DNA of 64,000 nt from Somniosus microcephalus. Taxonomy: Eukaryota. The position numbers and the translations under genes were made by a program. Shown one piece after another: positions 49,430 through 63,629 of the stretch; the first letter of the stretch is position 1; each line of letters begins with the position of its first letter. The stretch lies in the NCBI GenBank assembly GCA_052327205.1, contig CM126222.1, positions 47,492,001 to 47,556,000 of the forward strand, written 5' to 3'. Under the pieces are notes generated by a model. It was not told where the DNA came from, searched no databases, and saw nothing but the letters and a program-made list of their open reading frames with translations.

Positions 49430-51511
49430 GAGTAGGCAGTGAGGTTTTTTTCCAATGATATTGTTTGTTTAATTTAGATTTTAAAAGGCAATAATGAACC
49501 AATCCTTGTGTTGATTATGCAACTGATTTTGAAATGCAATCTAGTAGTCTCAGCTTACATTTTAGCAATGCAGTTCTGCAAGTTTTATTAAAAAAAAAAA
49601 AGAACTTTCCTTCCCAGTCCCCAAAGCCTTGTGGTACTCTTCACTGACCAGAGGCTGGCAAACAATCCTCTCCTTGGCCTCTGCAGCTCTTGAACTGACT
49701 GGAAAATGCAGAAAATTGAGTTTTCCTGGGGGGATGGCAGGAGAGGAGGGAGAAAATGGTTGCAACTGACTAAGTGGGAATTATAGGTGAATCCTGGACA
49801 TGATAACATCTCTGGCTGGCTTGTGCTTGGTTGCTGTGCCTAAAATGATTTGGTTTTCAGTTTTTAAATGGATTTTTAGGTACAAGCTTAATCTGTCTTC
49901 CTCTGCACCCCCAAACTTAGCAAGCCACGTGCTTTCCTCATTGTACTTTAGTTCTGTGTCCCTTCAAAACTGCATAACATGCTGTGTCCCAAATCATTGT
50001 TTTTTCCACATACACCACTAACCAGTTTACTAATGTAAAACTGAAAAGTAAGACACTGCTTTTTATTAAATTTTAAAATATTTTTACCAAATTCTACCCC
50101 CTTGCCCTGACTGAGTTTAATTTTGAAATGGAAACTGAACAAAGAATGGGAATTGGCATATCATTAACTAAAATTGTGTGTGAAAGTGTTTGATGTGGAC
50201 TACTAAAAAATCAAAAATGGTGGCAGAAAGATGTTCAACTAAATTTTTGGCTTACTCCTGTAGTGGCCTGCATTGCTTGACTAGGTTGCATATGTCAACT
50301 TTCTGGGTTTCATTTGAAGCTGCTGATGTCTTTTTGGGTGGGGGGGTGGTGGGCATGTTCTTTCTGACTGCACTCAATGTGGCTAGGACTTGCTGAGCAT
50401 AAATGGAACAGTGTTCCAGGCACAGCATCACATTTGGAAAGTACAGCACGTCATCACTAACTGAAGAACAGTGAGCAGGAGTCAAACTGCACCTGAAATC
50501 AAATTTACTATTACTGAGCTTTACTTTTGCTGTTTTGTTCTTTCTGTAACCTTGTTAGAATTTTGGATAGGTAAGGTAAATCTGATTTTTAAGGATTGGC
50601 ATTAGCCCTTTGCTCTTTGACTGACTGACTGACTGGTGATCAGTGCCCATAAATGGCTCCATGAAGTTGGTTGGAAGGATCTGTCCTACATGGCCTTCAT
50701 TTCTGAACAAAGGGATGGAAATGGTCAAAGTTGCAACAGCTTATTTGAAATGCTGATCTATGCATTTGACAAACAATGGCATGTATGGTGTTCCACTTCT
50801 TGAATGCCAAGCTGTGATCAATGGAGGATGTTAACATCTAAATGTTAGCACTCGCCTTGCTCTAGTTGTTTGTTTCTGGTAGGAGTTCCAAATTTCATGG
50901 GTGCAATTAAATTTGCAGCATAAATATACAATATTGCATCTAGATGTACTAACAGACCAGCCTGACTCTTCATCCAAAAGTCTTGTGCTTATTGGACTTC
51001 CCTTTTGAAATGTTCTAAAGGAACATTAGACCTCTAATGATTTTAAGTCATGTACTTCTTTCAATGTCTTGATGTATCCTTTGGTTTCTGTGTATTCATT
51101 AGCCTGTAAGTAAATCTCCAAGTAGTTTAGCCTATAGTCTGTTGGCTTGGTATTTTTGGCTTTTTCAGAAGAGATGGGGGATTATGGTGAACATCTCAAG
51201 TGATCTCCAGTGAACAATTTGTTTTGAGGGTTAATTCTTAAATCTGGGCACTTGGCACACGTACAGGGCAAGTGTGTAGGAGACTTGATCTACATATGGA
51301 TACCACATTTTTGGCCTGAACACTTGTGAAAATTCTCCCTTGGCACAATTGTACAGAATTTTAACTGTTAATCTCTTTTATATAAAAAAAGTGTACTGAA
51401 TAAAATAAATTTTAGATTGATCTGGTCAGATTTTCATGTTGCCTGTAGTACTTAAAATTAGGTTAGAAAGTCTTTTTAGCAGTAAAACCAATATGGTTAC
51501 TACCAACACCA

Positions 51512-51820
51512 ACTTGCATTTATATAGCACCTTTACTGTAATTTTTATATTATAAAAATATGCACAAGGTTGTAGGGCTAGAGGTGGTTAGAGATGATGA
51601 GGGCTGAAGCCATGAAGGGATTTGAAAATAAGGATGAGAATTTTAAAAAATTGAGGCAGAGACCGGGAGCCAATGTAAGTTGGCAAGCACGGGTGATTGG
51701 TGAATGGGACTTGGTGCAAGTTAGGATATGAGCAGCAGAGTTGAGGGTGAAAGATGAGATCCAGCTGGGAGAGCATTGAATAGTTAAGTGTAGAAGTAAA
51801 ACTGGCATGAATGAGGGTTT
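51512..51820 (-). mobile_element. L2 LINE 3' fragment(s)
   Basis: aacttgcatttatatagcacc is the reversed tail. Minus-strand NSAAHILTCTKSHSPIT and FKILILIFKSLHG. Confidence 0.75.
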
Positions 51821-52939
51821 CCTTTAAGTAATTCAAAACGCTGAGATAATGCATTGCTCCATCTTTTTTCACATCTGATTTTTATTTTAACTGTTTTAAT
51901 CTTATTTTGACTAACTTTTTCACTGTCTAGCTTGTGGATACTTGAGCTAGTGCCTGAAGGGGACCCCCCCCCCCCCACAGCTTTGTTCTTAAAACCTAAA
52001 ATTTGAGATTGCAGTCATTAAGACATTTGAAGCACTTATTTAAGCAGCTGTTGGTAATCTTGCTTAGAATGGATCAAATGTGCTAAAAAAAAATCTTGAC
52101 TGATCTTGGTGGCTCCTGAAGAAACTGCCTCTGTAGCAAAGCATCAAATTGTAGTCTTGGACATTAAAGGAATTGACCTTCAGCTGAACTCCAGTCTCTT
52201 TCCCTTTGTACTGAGGACCTGTGTTGTGCCTCTAATGTACAGTCCATCCAGTTTATCCAAGTTGGCTTCTGAACCACATTCTGGGGTAGTTTCGGCTCTG
52301 AATTTGTTTTGCTTGAATTTCTGCTCACTCATTTGCATATTGGCAAATGAACGCTTCTGTGAACCAGTGCATTTGGGCAGTGTTTCTGGAACATTGTTTT
52401 CCCCCCCCCCCACTTTATAAAAAAAAAACTTGCTATATCTGGTGCAATTTTATTAATACAGTTGAAAATGCTTAAACTAGTGCAATCTAGCAGAAACTCC
52501 AAGCTTCTCATTTAGAGTCTTAAAATATGTTGAGGGTGGGAGAAGGAGAGGGACAATGTTAAAATCTGTCTTGTCGATCAATTTAACTTTTAGTTACCTG
52601 GATGCAGGGGTTGAGGAGGGTATACTTGCTACCTTATTTTTGGAGGCTGGAGCAGCCCAGTCAGGCCCAGATCATAGATTGAAGACTTCAGAGATTAGGG
52701 ACCAGAAACGACCAAGTTTATTTTTCTTAATCACTCTTACCTGGAGCACAGGAGGAGCTGGCTGAACAACCTCCTATTATCCAGAAGATACACATGTGCC
52801 TGAGACACAGCAGAATAGCCCTTGTATACTTTCAAAATACATCTCCACTGATCTACTGTGACAGATGCATTTTGGAAGTACATAATATGTATGAAAGGAT
52901 TAACTTCATTCAGAGTAAATGTCACCTGTTGCACCTTCA

Positions 52940-53289
52940 GAACATAGAAACATAGATAGGAGCAGGAGTAGGCCATTTGGCCCCTCAAGCCTGCTCTGCC
53001 ATTCAATGTGATCATGGCTGATCATCCAAATTCAGTACCCGGTCCCTGCTTTCTCCCCATACCCCTTGATCCCTTTAGCCTTGAGAAATATATCCAACTC
53101 CTTGAATATATTGAATGTATTGGCCTCTACTGCCTTCTGTGGTAGAGAATTCCACAGGTTTACCACTTGCAGAAATTCCTCATTTCTGTCCTAAATGGCC
53201 TACCCCTTAGACTGACCCCCTGGTTCTAGACTCCCTGACCATTGGGAACATCCTGCATCTAGTCTGTCCAGTCCTGTCAGAATTTTATA
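52940..53289 (-). mobile_element. CR1 LINE 3' end
   Basis: aacatagaaacatagataggagcaggagtaggccatttggcccctcaagcctgctctgccattcaatgtgatcatggctgatc...agagaattccacagg, reverse of the 9921-10416 family. Confidence 0.88.
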
Positions 53290-54371
53290 AGAACATTCTA
53301 AAGTGCTTCACAGCCAATGCAATACTTGAAGTTCAATTACTTCTGTAATGTGGGAAAACATGGCAGCCAATACCACACCACACTAACATGGACTGCTTTG
53401 TCTTGGATGGTGTCAGTCTTCCTCTGTTGCAGGTGCACCCATTCAGGGAAGTGAGTATCATCACACTTCTGACTGAGCCTCTGAAGCTTCCCCACATAAC
53501 TTTGGTGCCTAATTCCAGTTTTCACCTTCTACAATATCTAAAATACCTTGTAATATAGTGGCTAGCATTGTGCACTGTATTCCAGGTAAGGCTGATCCCG
53601 CTCACTGTACAAACATCACCTTTTGTGATCTATGCTCAATTCCCCTCTATGTACAGCCCAGTTTCTAATTTATTTAACAGGGAAGTAATCTTTGCTTCTG
53701 CTTGTGTTCTCCACCAGTCCTTCCAAACTGCTTTCCTGTGGCATGTCATGTAGAATAATACCATGTAGAATAATACCATTCAGCTTGTGATGCTTCAGTG
53801 AATCACATGGAGGCCAAAAATGCATGAGTATATAAGCAAGAATGAATTTGGAATAAATATATTTTGCTTTTATATTACTAGTGTACATGATTCACTATTA
53901 CAGCTGTTTTCAGTCCAGTTTAATGGGGTATATTCTCATGAACTAGTCCAAATGAGAGTTTGACTGACAGATTCAAAATACTGAAATGTACCAAAGTGTC
54001 AGCTGTCAATTTCTGCAAATATATCCAAACACCCTAATTAATATAAATACCTCCTACATGATGTACAGTGCCCATTTTTAAAAATTCACTACTGGTGAGC
54101 AGGCTCAAGTCATAACATTTACCCACATGAAATGACTGCTTAAAAAGAAGCATTAGAACTGACTGCCTGATGATTTTTGATATTTTTAACACATCTGCCT
54201 AGATGTGAACTGCCACACTTTGAATTAGGCAGCTATTTTGAGGTGTATCCACAGCAATGTTTTTATTTAAACCAACTAAATTGGAAAAATACCATTGTAT
54301 AGGGTTCACTAATTTTAAAAGCCACAACTCTCAATGGACTTGCTTGAGCATATTTGATCCCTGATGAGTGT

Positions 54372-54810
54372 ACAACAACTTGTATTTATATAGCTCTTTT
54401 AACATAGTAAAATGTCCCAAGGTGCTTCACAGTATTAAAAGACAAAATTTGACACCAAGCCACCCAAGGAGAAATTAAGGCAGGTGACACAATTTGGTCA
54501 GAGGTTGGTTTTAAGGAGTGTCTTAAAGGAGGGAAGAGGCAGTGACATTTAGGCAGGGAAATCCAGAGCTTGGGGGCCTAGGCAACAGAAGGCACGGCCA
54601 CCAATGGTTGAGCGATTATCAGGGGTGCTCGAGGGCAGAATTAGAGCGTAGATACTTGGGGCAGGGGTGGGGCACTGAAGGAGATTAGAGATGGGGAGGG
54701 GTGAGGCCATGAGGGATTTTAAAACGAGGATAAGAATTTTGAAATCAAGGCATTGCTTAACCAGGAGCCAATGTAGGTCAGCGAGCACAGCAGTGATTGA
54801 TGAACGGAAC
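54372..54810 (-). mobile_element. L2 LINE 3' end
   Basis: Minus strand ITAVLADLHWLLVKQCLDFKILILVLKSL. Reversed tail acaacaacttgtatttatatagc. Confidence 0.88.
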
Positions 54811-57800
54811 ATCTTTCCTGCACAATAGCCATTCTAAAAGTAAGTTTTTGTTCTCTGCAGTTGCAGCCTGCAAGCATTTTGATTTGGTGAAACTTCCTTG
54901 CTCATTGCTAGTAGATTTAGACCCCTGCAAATTATTGACAGTATGGAGGTGAAATGTTGTCTCATCTGTTAAAGGAAGTTTTACTTCAGTGGGTTTGCTA
55001 GGAAAATCGGATGGTTGCAGAAAGTGGTAAATGTTCTATCAAGTTGTATAAGATTATCAAACAGCTGTATTAACCAAGTTGTTTAGTCATAATTGAATCC
55101 AGGAAAATGTACAAAGCAGTACTACTGTAACAGGATATAACTGTTCCAAGTTACTGCTATTTGAAGAAAGCCAGACTTGAGAGCCTGTTATGATGCCTTG
55201 TGTTGGTCAGAGGTCGTACAAAAAACAGAACTGGTTCTTGTTACTCGTTCAGTGCTTGATTTCTCCATTTGCTGCATTCGAGCAGGATCAGTTGCAGCCA
55301 GGTTTTTAGGCAAACAAGGGTTGATTGATTGCTGCACCATTTGGTGGCCCAGCTGAATGCTCCCTTCATAAGAGGAATGCTGGTTATGTTGGCATGGTGA
55401 CCACTGACTAATCCCAGTTGTTATGAGTGGGAGACAATTTTGTCTGGAGATGTTAGAAGTAACTGGCAAGTCTGAAACTTTAGGTTATATGTGGCTAAGA
55501 AAAGCTAGATATTTGTAGTCAAAATGTGAAATGAATCTGAAAGGTGCTATCTTTGGTTCCGTGTATTAGGGTCCATGCTGAGATTTGGATTCTCTACAGG
55601 AAAACCAGCAGAGTTCATTTCTGGTAGGTACTGACTATTTAAGATTAGAAAGACTGGTCCGTACTACTGCTCAGCTGTATGTAACTGTTTTTTGGGGGTG
55701 GGGTAAAGGATACTGAGGGGTTTATCCAGGAATTGAAATTCTATATCTTAACGTTAAGCTTTGAGTGCTGTTGCTGCCTTAGGCTGAAGAAACTGCTTTT
55801 GTTCTGCAACAATTTTAAGTTTCTCGATCAACCCTGTAGAACTGACAATACAAGCCATGGTACAGTGACAGATGCATGGTGGAACTGATCTAGTTAACAC
55901 GAGAGAATTGGGAGTCTTTGCTGATGAATCTCGACGAATGTTGTCCGATTGTACTGTCTGCCAGACAACTCACTATGAATGGGTCTGTGACCCCCACCTG
56001 CTATAAATAGCTCATTCTGAGCCTCCTCGTAAATGGCTGCTTTGTTTGTTCCTTTTGCCATGAATAGTGTTAGTCAACATTAACTCATACTTTTTGCCAT
56101 GCAGTTAGACAACTGGGTTTGTACTCTTGCTGTTTGAGTCTCTGGACATGTGCAGTGCTGTTGACCCAGCTGCTGTTGCTGTTCGAGATGATCGCTTACT
56201 CTATTGCAGGCTGCCCAAACATTAATTGTCAAAGCTATCAATAGATGACCCAGTCCTTTCTAACCTGGCATTACTAAAATAATATTGTAAAAAAATTAAG
56301 TGAAATGCTTTTCTTGTGTTGCGCACTGAGTTTTATCCAAGGTCTAATGCATGTCACCAGGCTAGATTGATTTTTTTTTTTTTTAATTATGGAAACAGCA
56401 AGGGTGTGCAGCACATAATTGTTCACTACAAATATATAAATACAGTTAGACATTTTACTGACTGGGAATGGGAGACATACATTTATTTCTAGACCTGAAT
56501 TAGTGAGGCCAAATGTTGAAAGTCAGGGGTTTGGGAAGTCTGGGGTTTGGGAGGTACACTTGGTTAATGAAATAGTTGAATACTATGTATTGACTGACGG
56601 ACTGGACTTTTGTAGAAGATGTGAATAATAAACGAGCTTGACCTTGACCCCCAGTTGCCTTTAGGTACATTGCCGCTTCTTACGGATGCAGTTTCCATGA
56701 ATTGACTTTCTCGGTTTTTTAATCAAACATCTGGTATGCATTGTGTAATATCTAACACATATATTTTTCTTGTGTAAAAGACTTGGATTGCAAAAAAAAA
56801 AAAAAATCTGGGGTGAACATGAAGCTTCTTTCTGTAGAAGCCACTGGTTTGGGCAAAATGTTTTTTGTTAAAATTGTCTGTAGGTTGTATTTATAAAATG
56901 GAAGTGGCTGTTTCAGCAATTCTCTTTGAATCTTTTATACCTTGCCCCAGGCAAAATAGTAGATGGCTAAAAACCAGGTGTTGGTTCTGAAATATAACAA
57001 AAAAACATTTCTACATTTTTGCTAGTTGTACCACATGGTTTTGATGAAACCTTTCTTCCAATTGGTTGTGGAATCTGATCTTTGTAATAGTGCAATGTAT
57101 ATTCCAGGTACTGTATCTACTGACTCTATGGGAATTATATTCATTGATCAATGGTGTGACAAGTCTTGTGTAAAGTATAACTGAAGATTCACATTCACTA
57201 TTTGCTACCTACAGACTGCTTGAAAAATGCATTAAGAGCAGATTGTGCTGTTTGTAGTAAATTTCTCTTGTCCAAGATGTTCAGTTGCGAGTTGGTTACA
57301 ACTAATTGCAGAATGTTGGCCTGTAATAAATGGAGTCTTGCACTGAAAGGGGGAGGGGAAGAAGGGACTTGTAGCAGCTAGAGGCCATTTCAGCAGTTAC
57401 AAGTTGTACTTTGCCTGAACATTTTTCTAAGTATCCAAGGAAATCTATATAGTAGGGAAGACATTTTGCTAAATAATTGCATCTTTTTTAAAAATCCCTT
57501 TTTAGTAATTTCTCTGCCCTGATGCCACTCCTGTGGCTCCAGTCAGCTTGTCTAAATATTTTGTACCTCTTTTTGGACTAATGCTTTTAAATTATGGGCA
57601 GAGGAGGAAAATGGACCTTTATTGCATTTTTGAACTCTCCTAGCTGATGTAGAAATTACCATCTCGGTGGGCTGCAAATACTGTGATTGGCAAATAAGAG
57701 TGCCTTGGAAATTGGCAGACTCCAGTTAGATGAAAAATATTCATGAGTGGTTAAACTAAACTAACTGGAAAAGTGATAATGAAAATAATTGACCTTTCCC

Positions 57801-59810
57801 AATTGCTCAAACTGGGTCCAGCTTGTCAAACTGTGTCCTTCCATCAGTTGTATGGTATGCTGTCTGCTTTGATTGCTCCATTGTGTTCTAGCAATATAAA
57901 CAAAGTCTAAATCCTGTCTGATCTTCTGTCCACAAAATGACTTGTTCTATTGTCAATGTGTACCTCTAATCTTAGCCTGGTTCTTTGCCATTTATTTTTC
58001 TAGTCTTTCTAATCTATATTAACATTTTTTTTTTAGAGATTTGGTAGTGTTAACCTTTACCCTATGATTACCTTTTTTACCATGCAAAACATTGTCCTTG
58101 CACCAGTACTTATGGAAGCTGCTGTTGACTCTCAAATTATTTATTTATCTTCAAAGCCCTGGCACCATGCACTTCAAAATGGGCAGCAGCATATGGCCTC
58201 CCACCAAAGTTTTTATGTTCATGGCAATTGCAGTAGCCCCTGATTTCAAATAGAACTACTTTGTGGTTCTCTTTCTCTTTTCTTCCCCCCCCCCCCCCCC
58301 CCAAAAAAAAAAATTGCCAAAGCTACCTCAAAGTTCTGTTTCCTCTTGGTGCCAAACACTACTTTTCCCTTCAACAGTCTTAACACTCAACCTAGATTTC
58401 CAGCATCTGCTGTTTTGCTTTGCCTATAAAACCCAACCCCTTGAGTGCAGTGTTGCTCTTATCAGAGGCCTTCAGTTTTTGGTTTGTCAATTTTTTTTAA
58501 ATCATTGGTCAGTAGTTTATATTTCAAGCTTCAAAATAAAGGCTAGTGAAAAAGGGCTAGTCAGCCATCTAGTCTATTCCTTCCACAGCATGTGTACAAT
58601 TTCTTATGATCTCCACCCAGCTTACCTCAGTTCCTATATTGAGAATTGTTAGCTCGGTTCCTCTAATTAAACTGACTTTCAGTATAGGCAAAAGCTAAAT
58701 ATTCTAACCTCCACATTGTTCCCTAGCCACTGGCTTCAATTGTTGCAGCAGAGATGCATTTTAGCAATCTGACCCTTGTATTTGGGTCAGTCTGGTGGGC
58801 ACCCTGCACCAGGATGAAGAGCAGATATTGGTAATTTTGTGTGCAATCAGTGAGCACTGAAGAAAATCCTCCCCAGTATAGGGAAGCTGCTTGTGTTTGG
58901 TATCTGACTGGATGTCAGGAGGTGTGCAACTGCACTTCAGGTGGTGGCAGAGAGAAAGGGGAGTGTGAAGTATATTCCTCCTTTGACCTAGCCAAGATTG
59001 GGGATTGCCAGTGTGATCTACAGTAACTGGGCCCTGCAACCTTCATCTTGTGCGGCATAGCCTAGTAGCTTGGCAATATACTGCACCACTTGTACAGTAT
59101 CGTAAATTAAATCTCTTTCTGCACACTTCTGCTGCCTGACATGTCTAACCAGAATAGTGTTCCACACTGCAATGTCATTGGAATGAGTGAATATTCCAAA
59201 GTTAATGTAGCCTCGTATCCTACTTCAGAGGGCTGGGTTTACTTTTGTGTTTGACATGTGGATGATTGGTTTATTTAGGTAGTTGCAGTGGTCCCTCACC
59301 ATTTGGCAGAAGTAATTTGTTCATAGTGATGACTAGCATCTGTTGTTAAAAACTCAAGCACTACCATAAATGGTAATGTGCTTTGAGTAACACCAGTTGC
59401 TCTCTGAATCATGACTCAACAATATTCCTTTACTGTGATTTCACTTTTTTCTTGTGCCAGAAATGCTTGAGGTTGGTACTTAAAGGGCAGAATCCTCTTG
59501 AACTTATCCAAAATAACACTTCTCTTTAGGGGTTGTGTGATGTCTACAATAGAAAAGCCTCCTTATTGGTAAGCAGTGTAAATATGGTCAACATCAAAGG
59601 GCTTTATTTCTATTAAGAGCTTTAAACAAAAATCAAGTTGCTGAGCTTCAGGGTAGTAATGTCTGGTATACATCTACATTTTGCTTTTCATTCTTTGCAG
59701 GGGAATAAAGTGAATGTCTGTCTGATGCATTGAACCATATTGGCTGCTATGTAATTTTATTATTTTCCATGTTGAATATAGAATTAGTGTTTCAGATTAA
59801 AATGCATAAA

Positions 59811-60162
59811 TCTGAGTCAGAAGGTTGTGGGCTCAAGTCTTACTCAGACTTGAGCAGAATCTAGGCTGACACTCTGGTGCAGTGAGGGTGCTGCACTGTT
59901 GAGGGTGCCATCTTTCAGATGAGACATTCAACCAAGACCCCATCTGCCCCTTTCAATGGCAAGAGATCTCTTGGCACTATTTGGAAGAAGAGCAGGGAGT
60001 CCTTCCCAGTGTCTTGGCCAATATTTATCCCTCCACCAACATTGCTAAAGCTGATTATCACAGTGCTATTTGTAGGATTTTGCTGTGTGCAGATTGGCTG
60101 CTGCATTTATTACATTACAACAGTGACTACACTTCAAAAGTACTTCATTGGCTGTAAAGCAG
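59811..60162 (+). mobile_element. DeuSINE, near full length, diverged
   Basis: ctgagtcagaaggttgtgggctcaagtc...ctaggctgacactc...gtgccatctttcagatgagacattcaacc...cagtgactacacttcaaaagtacttcattggctgtaaagc, same family as 29841-30306. Confidence 0.85.
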
Positions 60163-61080
60163 CTTTACATTCAGTGTGCATGAGGCCAGGGAGGGAAGTT
60201 AAGTGATCAAGGATTTAATAGAATTGGTTTGAGGGAGTAGGTGTGTGGGTGATGAGTATTGTGGAAAAACTAGAGATTCACTCAATGGTAAGGAGACTGG
60301 GGGTGGTATGGCTTAATGGGCAAGAGAGCAAAAGCATGTAGGTAGCTGGGTGCTCTTGATAACTAAGAGTCCTTTGCACTTGTAGAGGCAAAGATGGAGG
60401 AGATGGGCCTAAGGAGGTGGTCATGGTCAGTGTTTGAGGTTGTGGGGGGGTGGAGAAAGCATGGGAGTTGGTTTGCCCTCCAGGATGACTCCAAAAGCAG
60501 TGGCTGTTTTTAAATCTGAGGACAGCATATCTCTAAAGAGCTCCCTTGACATCAAACCAGATCTGGCAATGGATGCCTAAGTGATGCTTCCTCCTCTTTG
60601 CCTTGATTGGGGTTGCTGCTGTTGGTATGATCCAAAGTTTTGTGAATGATGTAAATGAACAAGTGGAGGACTTTTCTCTATGTAGTTTCACCCATTCCTG
60701 CTGTGAGCAGCATTGGCAACTTGTACTTTTGCTGGATCGGCCTCCTGTCGGTCCTCTCCTCGTCATTGCTTCCCAAACCGAACTCCAATTACAAAGTAAC
60801 ACCTACTGGCTCAGCTGACAGCTTGTTGATCTTGAACCATATTGATTTTCCAATTTTTTTTCTTTTCCCCCCCCCCCCCCCCCCCCGCACGCACAAGCAA
60901 GGCCAGCTATATTTATTATTTGACTGTCTGACCTGGGTTCATTGTAATGTCAGTGGGTGTGTGGCAAAGCCACCAAGGGACTCCTGTATATGACTATATA
61001 ACTGCCTTTAACAGAGTGCTACAGCACGTGTGTTTACTGTTTGTAAATAACCTGTTCTCGGTAAGTTCCAGAACCAGCGC

Positions 61081-61105
61081 GATGACGTCATCATGGTCAC
61101 GTGAC
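61081..61105. promoter_or_regulatory. adjacent CRE and CLEAR/E-box palindromes
   Basis: GATGACGTCATC (61081-61092) and GTCACGTGAC (61096-61105). Confidence 0.55.
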
Positions 61106-62109
61106 ATCCCAAACGGCAGGAAACGTCAGGCTGGGAGGTTCTCAGGTTAGACCTCGTGAAGCCAGCCTTAAGAAAAGACCTGTTTGTTTCTCCTGCATTC
61201 CGTTGTTCTTTAGTTTACATTAAACTTCGTTTAATTATCAGACTGACTCGACCTCAGTATTTCAGCTAGGGATCTGACGTTTCCTACAAGTGCAGCATTT
61301 ACTGGATTCGGAGATCTGATTTAATGAAGACTGGGCCATGGGTGGGCAGTGTAATTTTTTAAAACTCTTGAAGGGACTGTGTCCATGGGGAAAATACTTT
61401 TTTTTTTTGTTTGAAGAGCTGTGAATTATTCTCGTTGTAGCAATGTCCTATACACAAGTGACTTGATGCAATTTGTCATCAGCAAAAAAAAGTTTGCCAA
61501 CACCGTGCTCTTTAAAAATGTCTGCTCAGCCAGGAATTCCAGTGTGCTTAACATGAGAATATCTGAGCAGGAATTTGCATTGTTCTAATTAGATTGTGAA
61601 TCAGGAGATAACTGACTGACCAAAGCCTGATTTGTTTTGTATGAGGCTGATCATGAATATATATGGTATAATTTGAAATCCTGTGAATATTTTCTAGCAC
61701 ACTTAAAGCATTCAGAATGTAAGTCAGCTGTGAGGATGGATAATGAAACTCGCTATTAATCCCAGTAACAATGCATTTTTGCCAACAAGTGTGGTTTCAT
61801 AAGCCAAACAGTGATTCTGTTGGGAAGTGCTTAACCTTGGCGTACTACAGTAGTGTTTTTAGTTTAATTCTTGGACTGCATTAACATTTCAGTATCCAGC
61901 ATAATTTTGTTCCTAGTATTTGAATATATTAATCCTCCCATGCTGTAAACCTGCTTGATTTGCTTTTTTAGTGAATATCAGGTTTTTTGTTGAAATTTAC
62001 ATGCCCATCCAACTTATTTTGACCCTGGTACCCACATCTTCAGTAATTGGTCTGTAGCTTTAAAGGCTGGTGGTGTCGACTGAATTTTGCTCTAGTCAAT
62101 TATTGGTGC

Positions 62110-62340
62110 TGGTTCCATTGAGTTTCTAGTCATTGACTTCCAGGATGTCGATAGTGGAGGATTTGGTGATGGTAATGCCATTGAATGCCAAAAAGGTGTG
62201 ATTAGATGCTCTTGTTGGAGATGGTCATTGCTTGGCACTTGTGTGGCACAAATGACTTGCTATTTATCAGACCAGGCCTCAATTTGTTGTCCAGGTATTG
62301 CATGCAGGCATTCTGAGGAATTGCAAATGGAACCAAATAC
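62110..62340 (-). mobile_element. non-LTR retrotransposon fragment (post-RT region)
   Basis: Minus strand SFVPHKCQAMTISNK, typical of the region after the RT YADD motif. Confidence 0.6.
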
Positions 62341-63629
62341 TGATGGCTTAATGTAGAATAAAGATCCCTTTTTGTTCCAGCAATATGCCTTGGTCTCAAC
62401 CTCCTGAAGAGTACTCCATACCCTCCAATGTGACTTTTAAAAGTTCCCTAATGCAGCCACATTTTTATAATTGAGGTTTCTGATTAGGGGCAATTTTGTG
62501 CTGTGGGCCATGCTCACTCATGAATTGAGTTCCCAAACTCCTAAATAGAAGTAAACCCACCAGCTGAGCAACTGTAACCAGTGAAGACTGACCAGTAGAA
62601 TTATTGCACTATGGAACTGGTGTAAGGAATTCATGGTTTTTTTTAAGACACTGTTCCAGTTCAGCTGGAAATTTAGGAATTTGTGTAATGTTAAAAGCTC
62701 TCTGGATAACCAGGCAGTGCCATATGATCCAAGTGGGAGTGAAAGTGAAGACAGAATCAAGATCCACTATCGTAACTGTTATTTAGAAGCTATGCTGACT
62801 TCCACACCAGGCCAAGTAGTGATTGTTATTTGTAAGTAGGATGAGGTAAATATTAATGCCTCTTGGAAAATGATACAACCGATCATGCACTTGTGCCCTG
62901 TGATAATCTTTGACATTGGATGATGGGTGTGAAGGGCACTGCAGCCTCCCTAATGTTAATTGGGAGCAACAGAGATTAAATTGATCTATCCACATCAGCA
63001 TGTCATACAATTTAAGTGTCCTTAACTGTCAGTCGTTGCAATTATCAAAGTTTTATTTTTGTTCTGTCCTTGTACTAGATGTGCTCCTATCTAGCAAGTT
63101 AAACACACATTCAAAAATAATTCTTCTGAAGCCGGTTGCTGTTTTGAAGCTTTACTTGAACAAATTTGTGAAACTAAACAAAGACAAAGTATGTTTTGTA
63201 CATAAACTGAGTACTATACATTTGATATTACATAAGATATAAACATATTTACAACAGTAGAATGGACTAATTGTATAACTAACTAACATTTGGACTAACT
63301 TCTATAACTATCAAATTAACCTTTTATAAACATAGTATTATCAAAATATTACTCTGACAACGTTGCTATTATGCTAAGGAACAAAGATACTCACAGATAT
63401 TGCGCTTAGCCTAACACATGAAATCAGATTACAGTGGATTGTGAATGGAACCTCTCATGGCAGATTCTCCATTACGCAAGTCAGGTTTTTCCTAGCAAAA
63501 CTGCTTCCTGGGGCCTACAGGAAGAAAGGTAGGAAGGTCAAATGACCTCTCGGGAAGAAAGGAACAAAAGTCAAATGACCTCACACAGGAAGAAAAAGAT
63601 CAGATGACATTTCCAGCATACAAACTGTT

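Noticed and set aside
53748-53780. 15-bp tandem duplication catgtagaataatac
   Set aside because: Two copies only; ordinary slippage, not an array or CRISPR.
32200-60890. Many C/G homopolymer runs (e.g. near 32200, 35600, 37395, 42290, 58285, 60870)
   Set aside because: Scattered simple repeats with no spacing pattern; lengths are unreliable in assemblies.
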